From positions 1 to 64,000 of the IMG/VR virus record IMGVR_UViG_3300017605_001488: DNA of 64,000 bases. One strand, given 5' to 3'. Positions 55,064-63,728 of the stretch are shown piece after piece. This DNA comes from a virus. The notes under the pieces are model-generated. The model was not told where the DNA came from. It worked only from the letters and a program-made list of their open reading frames with translations, and ran no database searches. A program made the translations under genes and the position numbers. The first letter of the stretch is position 1; the number at the start of each line of letters is the position of its first letter.

Positions 55064-56211
55064 CACCGACCCCCACGCGCGGTCACGCCCGCGGCGGCCA
55101 ACACCGGGTTCATGCGTGCGAGCATCGCGGTCGATGCGCCCTTGCCATGCAGGCCGGCGTTCACGAGCGCGGTGGCCGCGGGCACGATGATGTCCATCGC
55201 GTTGTCACCGACACCGGCCAACAGCTTCCACAACGCGTTCGACCGGTCCTCGCGCTTCTCCGCATGTTGGGGCGTGACGAGCGCGACCGCGGAGTTGATG
55301 ACGACGGCCGATCGATCGAGCCGTCGGTTGTCGTGCTTGAATTCCTCCTTGCCGTCGAGCACGTGCGCGACGTTCGGGAGGTCCTGCTCGGCGCAGAACG
55401 TCGCGAACGCGGCATAGGCTTCCTGTCCGATGAACGACGACACGAACTCGTCCCTGTCCGCTTCGCCGAGCCCGTGCACGAACGACGACGCGAGTGCGCG
55501 GGTCGCCATCTCCCACGTGCGATCGGACGGCCACGCGGCGGACTGCTGCACGGCGGACTTCGGAAACTTGTTTTTCCAATCGGCCTGCGCACGGAGGAAC
55601 CCCGTCTCGAGACCGACCGCCTTGGCGTAGGCACCGTCCCATTCCTTGACCACACGCGCTTCTTCGGCATCGCAGTCGACGGCGTTGTCGGTCGTGTCCG
55701 CAGCCATGCCGAGCATGTACGCGATGTGCTCCTCGATGGTCGGCGGGTGCCACCGGAGCCACCCGCCGCGGTTCGCGAGCGGCGGTGCGATCTCGTACCC
55801 GTTCGCGGCCATCTCGGGCGGGTTGCACGCCGCCCACACACGCACGCCGCCGGGGAGTTGATGCGAGCCGATGCGCTTGTCGAGCAACAGGCCCATGCAC
55901 GGGGCTTGGATGATGGGCGGGTTGCTCGTGATCTCGTCGAGGAACACCAGGCCACGCTTGCTAAACGCCGCGGTCCAGTCCGGCGCGGGGTACGTCAGCG
56001 ATCCCTTGACCGGGACCGGGACGACACCGAACGCGCCTTCGCCACGTTCCGCACCCGACAACACCTCGCACGGCACGCCGACGCGTTTGGCGAAGTCGCG
56101 GATGAACGTGGACTTGGCAACACCGGGCTCCCCGATGAAGTACAGCGGCAACCCCCATCCCTGGGCGGTGCGGGTGAAGAATGCGGCGTGGATGATGCGG
56201 GCGAGATGCAT
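55063..56211 (-). CDS. MoxR-like AAA+ ATPase
   Basis: GEPGVAKS, FLDEI, ACNP, PLANR, P-x2-RTWE. Confidence 0.88.
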   Translation of the reverse strand: MHLARIIHAAFFTRTAQGWGLPLYFIGEPGVAKSTFIRDFAKRVGVPCEVLSGAERGEGAFGVVPVPVKGSLTYPAPDWTAAFSKRGLVFLDEITSNPPIIQAPCMGLLLDKRIGSHQLPGGVRVWAACNPPEMAANGYEIAPPLANRGGWLRWHPPTIEEHIAYMLGMAADTTDNAVDCDAEEARVVKEWDGAYAKAVGLETGFLRAQADWKNKFPKSAVQQSAAWPSDRTWEMATRALASSFVHGLGEADRDEFVSSFIGQEAYAAFATFCAEQDLPNVAHVLDGKEEFKHDNRRLDRSAVVINSAVALVTPQHAEKREDRSNALWKLLAGVGDNAMDIIVPAATALVNAGLHGKGASTAMLARMNPVLAAAGVTARGGR

Positions 56212-56256
56212 GGTGGTTCTCCTTCGGGTCGATGTGGTGGGGGCAACCCCCGACAC

Positions 56257-56294
56257 ATCATACGCATGATTGCGGTGATTGCAAGTATTGCAAT
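56257..56294 (-). promoter_or_regulatory. Conserved phage promoter/operator motif, copy 4
   Basis: Minus strand TTGCAATACTTGCAATCACCGCAATCATGCGTATGAT followed by a 5' hairpin. Confidence 0.8.
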
Positions 56295-56366
56295 GATGGC
56301 GATGCAACGAAAACAGGCCGACGAGCGCGAACCCGCCGACCTGCTTGGACTACTTCGATGTGCGAA

Positions 56367-57035
56367 TCACTCCGCGGCGGCGGCAGCGGTCGCCGCCGGC
56401 ACGACGTGGCCGCGCTTGAAGAACAGGATTTCGCCCTTCGCGGTTTTCACCTTCACCTGGCCGTTGGCCATGGCGATGACCTCGAGATTGACGAGGTCGG
56501 CGGCATCGAGCATGCCGTCGTACCCCTTGCGGAGGTTGTCTCGGATCTCGACCTTCGAGCCGACCTTCACCGCGGCGGACGCCGCCGCGACGGCACCGCG
56601 CACGGACGGACGCCACGCGCGGGGCACGGACGTGATGAGGTCCGCCGCCACGCGGAGCTTCGCGCCGGCGACCACGAGCTCGGTGCGCGCCCCGGGGAAC
56701 GGATCGGACGACGCGACGCCTTCGACCGGGGTGGTCGGGGGCTCGAACTTGTACTTGGCGATCGACTTGAGCGTCGCCTCGACGCGGGCGGCCATGCGGC
56801 TGAGCAACACGCCCTTCATGTGGATCGGGCCGAGCTCGCGCGCCTGCTTGTCCCACTCGGTGAGCGGCTTCGGGCCGGTCGCGGCCGTGGTGGCAGTCGT
56901 GCCGGGCGTCGTCACCGTCGCCGGCTTGCCCGAGCGCTCCGCATCCTGACGCGCGATCTCCTCGGGCGTCTTGTCGCTGTGGTCGATGGCGGGCGTGCGG
57001 GGAGCGGTGCGAGTGACGGTGTTCTTCTTTGCCAT
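56367..57035 (-). CDS. Hypothetical protein (likely highly expressed early gene)
   Basis: GAGG RBS, strongly biased codons, SH3/KOW-like C-terminus. Confidence 0.75.
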   Translation of the reverse strand: MAKKNTVTRTAPRTPAIDHSDKTPEEIARQDAERSGKPATVTTPGTTATTAATGPKPLTEWDKQARELGPIHMKGVLLSRMAARVEATLKSIAKYKFEPPTTPVEGVASSDPFPGARTELVVAGAKLRVAADLITSVPRAWRPSVRGAVAAASAAVKVGSKVEIRDNLRKGYDGMLDAADLVNLEVIAMANGQVKVKTAKGEILFFKRGHVVPAATAAAAAE

Positions 57036-57087
57036 GGTGATTTCCTCGATTCGGGTTTGGGCTCACGGGCTCGTGAGCGCAGACCCA

Positions 57088-57126
57088 TGTATACGCATGC
57101 TGCCGAAGATTGCAACTATTGCGATT
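57088..57126 (-). promoter_or_regulatory. Conserved phage promoter/operator motif, copy 5
   Basis: Minus strand GCAATAGTTGCAATCTTCGGCAGCATGCGTATAC, same spacing; hairpin GCTCACG-N4-CGTGAGC downstream. Confidence 0.7.
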
Positions 57127-57199
57127 GTTTTCTTGCTAGCGGGATCGCTACCATCCGACATCACGGGAGAATCCGAGGCAACCGCGCAAGTGCGGATCC

Positions 57200-57427
57200 A
57201 TGGCAGACAACCTTGACCGGGCGATCGATGTGGCGGCGGGCATATGCGAGCTCGTCGGCGCACGGTTCGCCCACGCCGCGACCGACAAGGTGTTGGCGCT
57301 GGCGGTGGGCATTGCGGCCGGACGGTTGGCCCGACAGGCGGGTGCCGAACGCGCGAGCATCGTGGCGGCGGTCGCCGCTGGATTCGATGGCACGCGCATC
57401 GAGGATGGTGGACCGTGGGAAAGCTGA
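57200..57427 (+). CDS. Hypothetical protein
   Basis: 75 aa, first gene of a plus-strand island. Confidence 0.5.
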   Translation: MADNLDRAIDVAAGICELVGARFAHAATDKVLALAVGIAAGRLARQAGAERASIVAAVAAGFDGTRIEDGGPWES

Positions 57428-57888
57428 GCCGAACCAAAGGTGCGGACTTCGAACGCGACATCGCCGTCGAGCTCCGCGTGTTGTACCCGAGCGCGCGACG
57501 GGGTGCGCAGATGCAGGCGCGGCTCGGACTCAAGGCCGCCGCCGAGGAGAAGTTCGCCGACGTGGAAGGAACGCCGTGGTGGGTCGAATGCAAGCACGGC
57601 AAGTCGATCTCGATTCACGGCGCCCTCGCGCAAGGGACGGCGGCGACCGATGGGCGGGCGGTCATCGCCATCACGCGCATCGACCGCCATGCCGCGGTCG
57701 CATCGATGTACTTGCAGGACTTCATGCACCTGCTGCGCGATGTCGAGGACGCGCGGAAGCTGCGACTTGCGATCGACGAGCTCCGCGAGGCCGCCGCCCG
57801 CGAGCTCGAGGCCGAACGAAAGAAGCACCAAACCGCCCTCGTCGAAGCAGTCGAGGACGCGCTGCGCAACGCCACCGACCGGCATTAG
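57415..57888 (+). CDS. Holliday junction resolvase (Hjc-like PD-(D/E)XK nuclease)
   Basis: SRTKGADFER, ADV, VECK. Confidence 0.8.
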   Translation: MGKLSRTKGADFERDIAVELRVLYPSARRGAQMQARLGLKAAAEEKFADVEGTPWWVECKHGKSISIHGALAQGTAATDGRAVIAITRIDRHAAVASMYLQDFMHLLRDVEDARKLRLAIDELREAAARELEAERKKHQTALVEAVEDALRNATDRH

Positions 57889-57972
57889 TGCGGGGGGCGG
57901 TTCCACGGGGTCACGCCTGCCCGGTTCCCGCACCGGCCAACCGGGTCAGCCCTGCGAGGCCGCCCCCCGCAC
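57888..57972 (+). other. Structured leader of the SLT-like gene
   Basis: 13-bp stem GTGCGGGGGGCGG/CCGCCCCCCGCAC enclosing GTCACGCC and CCCGGTT/AACCGGG. Confidence 0.55.
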
Positions 57973-58025
57973 CCGCACCGTAGCTGAGTCGACCCCCCGA
58001 CGAAACCGACCTATGGACCTCAACC

Positions 58026-58577
58026 ATGCGAAACATCCTCCGGCTGCTGGTCCTGGTGGTGACGATGCTGGTCGTGCGACCGGCGAACGCGGCGGATGTG
58101 CCCGACCGCGCCGTCCTGCTGGCGCTGGCGGCGAAGTTCCCGCGAGCCTCGACGTTCGACATCGGCCACGTCGTCGACGACATCCTGGCGGCGAAACCGA
58201 CCGGCACCGAGGCGCGGGTGATGTTGGCGTGGGGGTACTTCGAGTCGCTGTGGGGCACGTACAACTTGGGCGATTGCACGTGCTGGAAGGCCGGCGTGCG
58301 CACGCGATGCCCCAACCTTGCCGACCGCACGGTCGCGAACTGCACGAGCTTCGGCGTGATGCAAACCAAGAAGCCGGGACAATACGTACCCGGTGCTGAC
58401 CCGGCCAAGGTTGCCGCCGATCGACGGCTCGGGTTCCGGGTCGGTCTCGAGGTATTCCGCGCATGGATGAAAGCCAGCGGCGGCAACGTGCGGGGTGCGC
58501 TGCGCGGGTTTTCGTCGGGGCACATCGACCGCGCGTACGAGAAGGTGTCGAGTCGATGCGTGTGGGTCGGCTGTTAG
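58026..58577 (+). CDS. Secreted lytic transglycosylase (SLT)-like protein
   Basis: Signal peptide ending ANA, FES catalytic-like motif, SFGVMQ. Confidence 0.65.
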   Translation: MRNILRLLVLVVTMLVVRPANAADVPDRAVLLALAAKFPRASTFDIGHVVDDILAAKPTGTEARVMLAWGYFESLWGTYNLGDCTCWKAGVRTRCPNLADRTVANCTSFGVMQTKKPGQYVPGADPAKVAADRRLGFRVGLEVFRAWMKASGGNVRGALRGFSSGHIDRAYEKVSSRCVWVGC

Positions 58578-58585
58578 GAGGCAAC

Positions 58586-58765
58586 ATGACCGGATGGCAG
58601 ATCGCGTTCCTGGTTGGCGTAGCTGTGCTCGTGATGCTGTGGGCGGACCGCGTCCACACGCGCCGCAAGCAGCGCGCCCTTATCACCGAGACCGTGAACC
58701 GTCGGTGGTACCCGACGATGCAGCAGATCGCCAAGAACACCCGCGGTCGGTGGGACCTGCACTAG
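58586..58765 (+). CDS. Small single-TM protein
   Basis: AGGAGG RBS, N-terminal hydrophobic helix. Confidence 0.65.
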   Translation: MTGWQIAFLVGVAVLVMLWADRVHTRRKQRALITETVNRRWYPTMQQIAKNTRGRWDLH

Positions 58766-59094
58766 GGCGTGAGCGTTTCGCACCCCGCGCCGGCGCACGC
58801 GCGCAACGCGGTGAGCGACTTCGCCCCGACGATGCACGTCGTGTCGAGCGGGAATTGATTCTTGGTGATGACCTTGTTGATGGCCTGCTCGCACTTCGGT
58901 CCGCCTTCGAGGCACATGAACCGGCGATACGCCGCACACACATCGGTGACGATCGGGCCGGCGTCGCCGATGACGGGCGGGGTGGCGTCGGTGGGCAACG
59001 GTGCCGCATCGGCATCCGGGGTCGGGGGCACGGGTGCGGGAGTCGGGCATCCGGCGAGAAGCGCGACGACGGAAACGATCAAGCACAGCTTCAC
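58762..59094 (-). CDS. Cys-rich lipoprotein
   Basis: GTGA overlap, lipobox LAGC, Pro-rich linker, six further Cys. Confidence 0.75.
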   Translation of the reverse strand: MKLCLIVSVVALLAGCPTPAPVPPTPDADAAPLPTDATPPVIGDAGPIVTDVCAAYRRFMCLEGGPKCEQAINKVITKNQFPLDTTCIVGAKSLTALRACAGAGCETLTP

Positions 59095-59927
59095 GACATC
59101 CTCCGAACGGCGAGTGCGTACAAGCAATCGCATTGCCGGAGGAATGCCTCCGTGACCCACACGCGGCCGTAGGCACCCCACAACAGACCCCACGAGTTCT
59201 GCAACCGGTACTGATACGAACCATCGGGCATCTTGCGGTACCCGACGATGAGCGTGTCGTGATTGCTGCCCGCGGCGCGGTCGGGGTGTGCATCGAGCAC
59301 GGTGTCGGGTCCGGCGGATTCGTCGGCATCGATCACGCACCACGCGTTCGTCACGAGCACCTTCGAGGCGAGCGCGCGGCGCACCCCGAGACCCGGATCG
59401 GACGGGTCGATCTCGACGATGCCGAGCAGCAGCGTTTCCGCGTTGCGCTCCTCCTCAAGCACGGTGGGGTTGGCGTTCAACCGTGCATCGGGGGAGCAGT
59501 CGCACTTGCGCTGCTTCTCGTCCTCGGTGCGGCAATCGATCGCGCACACGCCCCACACCGAAACGGCGGTCACCACGTCGGCGGGGTCGCCACCGGTGTC
59601 GGTGAGCGGGTCGTTGATGTTCAGGCTACCCCACGCGGCGCGCTCGATGCACCGCACCTGCTTCGACAGGTCGAGCATCGAGATCGGCCACGGCAACGGC
59701 GTCCCGGCAAGGTGCAACGTCTCGGCGATGCCGACCGCGGGGGCGCACGCGAAACACGTGCTCGTTTGCGCCTGGTCGACGACCTCGGGTTCGTACGACA
59801 CGGCATCGGGCAACGCGTCGGCGCCGACGAGATGCGGATGCAATCGCGCGAACGGCAGCGGGACGGCGGAGCCGGCGCGCTTCTTGTGCCCGCGACCGAA
59901 TCGCTGGACGGGTGCGGCGTCGGTCAC
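59091..59927 (-). CDS. Papain-like C1 cysteine peptidase
   Basis: DQ-x5-C (oxyanion Gln and catalytic Cys), NHDTLIVGY, QNSWGLLWG. Confidence 0.88.
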   Translation of the reverse strand: MTDAAPVQRFGRGHKKRAGSAVPLPFARLHPHLVGADALPDAVSYEPEVVDQAQTSTCFACAPAVGIAETLHLAGTPLPWPISMLDLSKQVRCIERAAWGSLNINDPLTDTGGDPADVVTAVSVWGVCAIDCRTEDEKQRKCDCSPDARLNANPTVLEEERNAETLLLGIVEIDPSDPGLGVRRALASKVLVTNAWCVIDADESAGPDTVLDAHPDRAAGSNHDTLIVGYRKMPDGSYQYRLQNSWGLLWGAYGRVWVTEAFLRQCDCLYALAVRRMS

Positions 59928-60502
59928 TTGCTCGAGCTCCCACACGGCGGCGGTGCCGCGAGCGTCTTGCCCTTCTTGTGGGCGACGATGACCTTGAGCC
60001 CGTCCTCGACGACGATGCCGACGCATTCGACAGCGAGCTGTTCCGGGGTGATGGCTGGGTTCTTCTCGTACGCGTTGATGGCGCACACGGCAGTGTCCAC
60101 GCCCATCTTCTCGGCGGCGGCGGTGCGCGCGGGCGTGCACGACATCACGCCGAACCACGCCACGACGAGCACGAGGCTCGCACCCATGATGAATGCCGGC
60201 AACGTGGGCGTTTTCGGCTTCGGCTTGAGGCCGTATTTCGCGAGGTACGCCGCGGGCGGGTTACCCGTGATGACCACGACGAGCCACACGATTCCGGTGA
60301 CCGGGTCGAGCCCGAACGCTTTGAGGACCTTGAATACCGCGGCCACGCGGGGGTACTTCGCGAGCAGGGCGTCCCATCCCCCGGTCGTCATCCACTTGAT
60401 GAGCGGGTTGGCCACGATCGTCACCAACGGGACGATGACGAACAACCAAATGGAGGGGTGCGCAGCAGCGAAGGCTTTCAGCCAGGCGGTGATCTGGTCC
60501 AT
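59924..60502 (-). CDS. Multi-TM membrane protein (holin/spanin-like candidate)
   Basis: Three hydrophobic segments, the last followed by Cys. Confidence 0.6.
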   Translation of the reverse strand: MDQITAWLKAFAAAHPSIWLFVIVPLVTIVANPLIKWMTTGGWDALLAKYPRVAAVFKVLKAFGLDPVTGIVWLVVVITGNPPAAYLAKYGLKPKPKTPTLPAFIMGASLVLVVAWFGVMSCTPARTAAAEKMGVDTAVCAINAYEKNPAITPEQLAVECVGIVVEDGLKVIVAHKKGKTLAAPPPCGSSSK

Positions 60503-60533
60503 CCGCGCAGCCTAGGCCCGGACCGCCGCACGG

Positions 60534-60800
60534 TCAACGCTTGATGACGGGGTGGGGTCCGGTGTTCCCCGTCGCCACCCGATCCAACGCCTCGCGGGCA
60601 CCGGCCTCACGCTCCCGAGCGAGCATCAACGTCTTGACCTCGCCCTCGGCAGCGGACACGCGCGCTTCCAGGTCCTCGACCTGTTTGGCGAGCGCCTTGT
60701 GGTTAGCCGAGCCGGTCGTGATTCGACCCACGAGGTAGGCTGTCGCGGACACCGCGGCGACCACTACCCCGGTTCCGATCTTCACGAGGCTGTCGTCCAT
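60534..60800 (-). CDS. TM plus coiled-coil protein (lysis-cassette type)
   Basis: GGAGGAG RBS; one TM helix then heptads. Confidence 0.65.
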   Translation of the reverse strand: MDDSLVKIGTGVVVAAVSATAYLVGRITTGSANHKALAKQVEDLEARVSAAEGEVKTLMLAREREAGAREALDRVATGNTGPHPVIKR

Positions 60801-60963
60801 CGTCGCTGCTCCTCCCGGGCGGGTGATCCGACCGTCGCGCAGCGGCAACCTGTAGGCGTTGCACGGATACGACGGCTTGGTGGTTGTTGATGTAGGGCCG
60901 AATCAGCCCGGCCGCGCATGCGACCAGGACGATGATGCACGTCACGATTGCTGCCTCGACCAT
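60703..60963 (-). CDS. Small membrane protein
   Basis: N-terminal TM helix; 3' end overlaps the next gene by ~100 nt. Confidence 0.45.
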   Translation of the reverse strand: MVEAAIVTCIIVLVACAAGLIRPYINNHQAVVSVQRLQVAAARRSDHPPGRSSDDGRQPREDRNRGSGRRGVRDSLPRGSNHDRLG

Positions 60964-61020
60964 GGTGTCACCCTTTCCCCCTAAGAGCTAGCAACACGAA
61001 AAGCGCAAGAATCGTAACCG

Positions 61021-62289
61021 CTATGCCTTGACCCAAACGACCACGAGCTGGATGGGTCCGATCGACTGCGGATTGCCGGCACCGGCGCTGCGGAAGAACT
61101 GGAGACGGACGTGGTGCGTGCCGGCAGCGACGGCGGTGTAGATGCCGACCGGCGTGGCGTGGAATTCGAGCGCACCCGTCACGACCTCCTCGGTGTTGCC
61201 GAGGTCGTGTTCTGACGCGTCGGGGTGCACGACACACACGCGGCCCTTGAGCGTGTCGCCGCCGGCGGCGAACCAATGCGTGTTCGCCATCACGATCAGC
61301 TTGTCGCCGTTGGCCACGCTGGCGATCGAAATGTCCATCGTGCCGACGGTCTCGTACGCGGCGGCCGTGGTCACGTGCGACCCCGCATCCGTCACGGTGT
61401 AGACGTTCACCACCTTCAGCGTGCCGATGAACGGCGCCACCTGATTGATGAAGTCGCTGACGAATCCGCCCGCGAAGTTGCCGTCGGCGTTCGCGTGAAT
61501 CTTGGCTGCACCGGCACCCGCGCCGAGGTCGCTGATGATCTTATCGAGCTGCGCCTCGACGGTCGCCGCGGGGTTGGTCGTGCCGTCGGCCCACGCCGGA
61601 CCACCCGCATAGTTGATGTCGGCGGCCGGGTGCTTGTCGGCGGCACCGGTCACGTGGTTGTTGTAGTAGGACAGCAGGTTCGACAGCGCGGTGTTCACCT
61701 GCCCTTGCGTGATGGCGCGCGGTGACCCGGAGATCACGATCGAGCTCTCGCGACGGGTCGTGCTGATGTCGGCGTTGAAGATTTGCGTGGTGCCGAAGAC
61801 GAGCTTGGCGTCGGCCAACAGCACGTTCGTGCCATCGAGCGCCGGACGCACGCCGAGGCCCGCACCCGCTTCCGCACCGGCCACGACTTTGAATTTGAAC
61901 GACTCCGCGCGTTGGAAGTACACGGTGAGCCCGTTGCCGTCGGTGCGCGGGTCGGTGAGCACCCGATCCGTCTGTGCGAAGATGGACAACCACCGCTCGT
62001 TCCCGGGGGCGGCCACCGCGGTCGATACGAGGTTGTAGTCCTTCGAGCAATCGACGTTCTGTGTGCTCGGGATGTTGATGCGTTGTCCGGACTTGTCGTA
62101 GACGACGCCGCCCGCCACCTGCACGGTGAGGTCGGGCACGCCCTGCTCGGCAACGGTCGACCCGGTGATGATGCCGATGCGCCCGTGGTCCGTGACCAAC
62201 GCCTTGTCGGCGGTCTCGCAATACGTGAATCCCTGATCGAGCTCGGCCTCGGTGACCTTCTGCCGGAAGTAGTAGTCCAATCGGTTCAT
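61021..62289 (-). CDS. Tail fibre / baseplate-attached protein
   Basis: MNRLDYYFRQKVTEAEL N-terminus, VAGGVVYDKSGQRI, directly downstream of the baseplate gene. Confidence 0.7.
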   Translation of the reverse strand: MNRLDYYFRQKVTEAELDQGFTYCETADKALVTDHGRIGIITGSTVAEQGVPDLTVQVAGGVVYDKSGQRINIPSTQNVDCSKDYNLVSTAVAAPGNERWLSIFAQTDRVLTDPRTDGNGLTVYFQRAESFKFKVVAGAEAGAGLGVRPALDGTNVLLADAKLVFGTTQIFNADISTTRRESSIVISGSPRAITQGQVNTALSNLLSYYNNHVTGAADKHPAADINYAGGPAWADGTTNPAATVEAQLDKIISDLGAGAGAAKIHANADGNFAGGFVSDFINQVAPFIGTLKVVNVYTVTDAGSHVTTAAAYETVGTMDISIASVANGDKLIVMANTHWFAAGGDTLKGRVCVVHPDASEHDLGNTEEVVTGALEFHATPVGIYTAVAAGTHHVRLQFFRSAGAGNPQSIGPIQLVVVWVKA

Positions 62290-62315
62290 GGGTCGAGCTC
62301 CTTCGCGAGACTACC

Positions 62316-63728
62316 TTAGTGCAGGTCCCACGTCACGCCGAGTTCAGACAGGCCGAGCTCGATGTGGTCGATGACGGTCGGCGGCGTCGGCTCGATGAGG
62401 AACACGAAGTGCGTGTGCGCCGGCTTCATGTAGACGACAATCCCGCGGATTTTCGCCCGTTGGTCATCCGTCAGAAGCACCCCCACGGTCACGTTGAACG
62501 CGTACTTGGCGAACGACCCCGACGGGCCGAGCTCCCACGTCCCGGAGTCGAATAGCCCGATGTCACCGAGCTCGCTCTCCCCGAGGATCATCCCGCCGAG
62601 CACGTACGGTACGATCGTGATCTCGATGCCGGTGAAGAACCGCACCGCATTGACGATGCCGATGTTGGTGCCCTTCGACTTGTAGATAGGCACGAGCAAC
62701 GGGACGAGTCGACGCTTATCCGCAAGCGTGAGCTCGAACGCGAACGGGTTGCCGAGGTCGGCGAGCATCGCGTCGACGAATTGCTCGGGGGCGGTATCCG
62801 GGTCGAGAATGTCCGTCCACGAATCGATCTCGCACAGCTGGAGATCGGTCACGTCCTGCAAACACGCGATGAACTTCTCGAGGTCCTTCGTGCCGGCTTG
62901 GTCCTCGCGGCGGTTCATCGCGGGGAGCATCTTGTACAGGTCGAAGTCCCGATCCGCTGGCGACGGGCACGCGAACGCCGTGAACAACGCCGTGTTGAAC
63001 GGTGCGACGACGGCGTTGCCGGTCACGTCCGATGCACCGGTGACGGTGACGCGGTAGGTGATTCGCTGTGATAGGTCGATGTCGACGGTGAGTTCGACGA
63101 GCGTGGTCGTGATGGCGCGCACGCTCACGACGTTGGGCGTGACCGCGGGGAACACCTGCGGCACGATCGTCCAGTTGCCCGGCGTGAGCGCGTCCGCCGT
63201 TGCACCGTCGCCGAGCTCGCGCATCGGCTCGTTGAACGCGACGGTGATGGTGCGATGCGCGGTCGACTGTGCGCCGGTCACCTGCGGTGCGGTCGAATCG
63301 ACGATCGTGAACGAGTACGTCTCGTCGATGACGCCCATGGCGGCGGCGATGGCATCGGTCGCCGACACGACACGCACGGTGACCAGCTGCTCGGACGCGA
63401 ACGGGGACACGACATCGAGCACGATCGACAGCTGATTGCCGACCACGGTGGCGGCGCTGGACGGGCCATCGAACCCCACCGCGAAGGTGCCCGTCGATCC
63501 GTTGTACACCAACACGCCGTTCACATAGACGCGCGTGGCCGCGACGGTGACCGTGCCGCCGACGGCGGTGTCGACCAACCACAACACGATGTCGGTGTCG
63601 GCGGGCACGTCCGTCTCGTTCGGTTCGGGAACGCGGTTCACCAAGCGCAACCGCGCCCCCGACGTGTCGAGGATGACGGGGTCAACCCAGACGGCGGGGA
63701 GTTCGGCGGGTGCGACTTTGGCCATCAC
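62316..63728 (-). CDS. Baseplate wedge protein (P2 gpI-like) with N-terminal Ig-like domains
   Basis: LYxMLP...LDPDTAP...LADLG...YKSKGT-x2-GI...MKPAHT. Confidence 0.8.
   Translation of the reverse strand: MMAKVAPAELPAVWVDPVILDTSGARLRLVNRVPEPNETDVPADTDIVLWLVDTAVGGTVTVAATRVYVNGVLVYNGSTGTFAVGFDGPSSAATVVGNQLSIVLDVVSPFASEQLVTVRVVSATDAIAAAMGVIDETYSFTIVDSTAPQVTGAQSTAHRTITVAFNEPMRELGDGATADALTPGNWTIVPQVFPAVTPNVVSVRAITTTLVELTVDIDLSQRITYRVTVTGASDVTGNAVVAPFNTALFTAFACPSPADRDFDLYKMLPAMNRREDQAGTKDLEKFIACLQDVTDLQLCEIDSWTDILDPDTAPEQFVDAMLADLGNPFAFELTLADKRRLVPLLVPIYKSKGTNIGIVNAVRFFTGIEITIVPYVLGGMILGESELGDIGLFDSGTWELGPSGSFAKYAFNVTVGVLLTDDQRAKIRGIVVYMKPAHTHFVFLIEPTPPTVIDHIELGLSELGVTWDLH

Noticed and set aside
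6151-57126. Repeated ~35-bp motif as a CRISPR repeat or att site
   Set aside because: Copies are dispersed kilobases apart, always oriented upstream of genes; no spacers, cas genes or integrase.
57980-58010. Hammerhead-ribozyme-like CTGA-GTCG...CGAC-GAAAC
   Set aside because: The core needs CUGAnGA before stem II; three nucleotides are missing and I found no convincing stems I/III or cleavage triplet.
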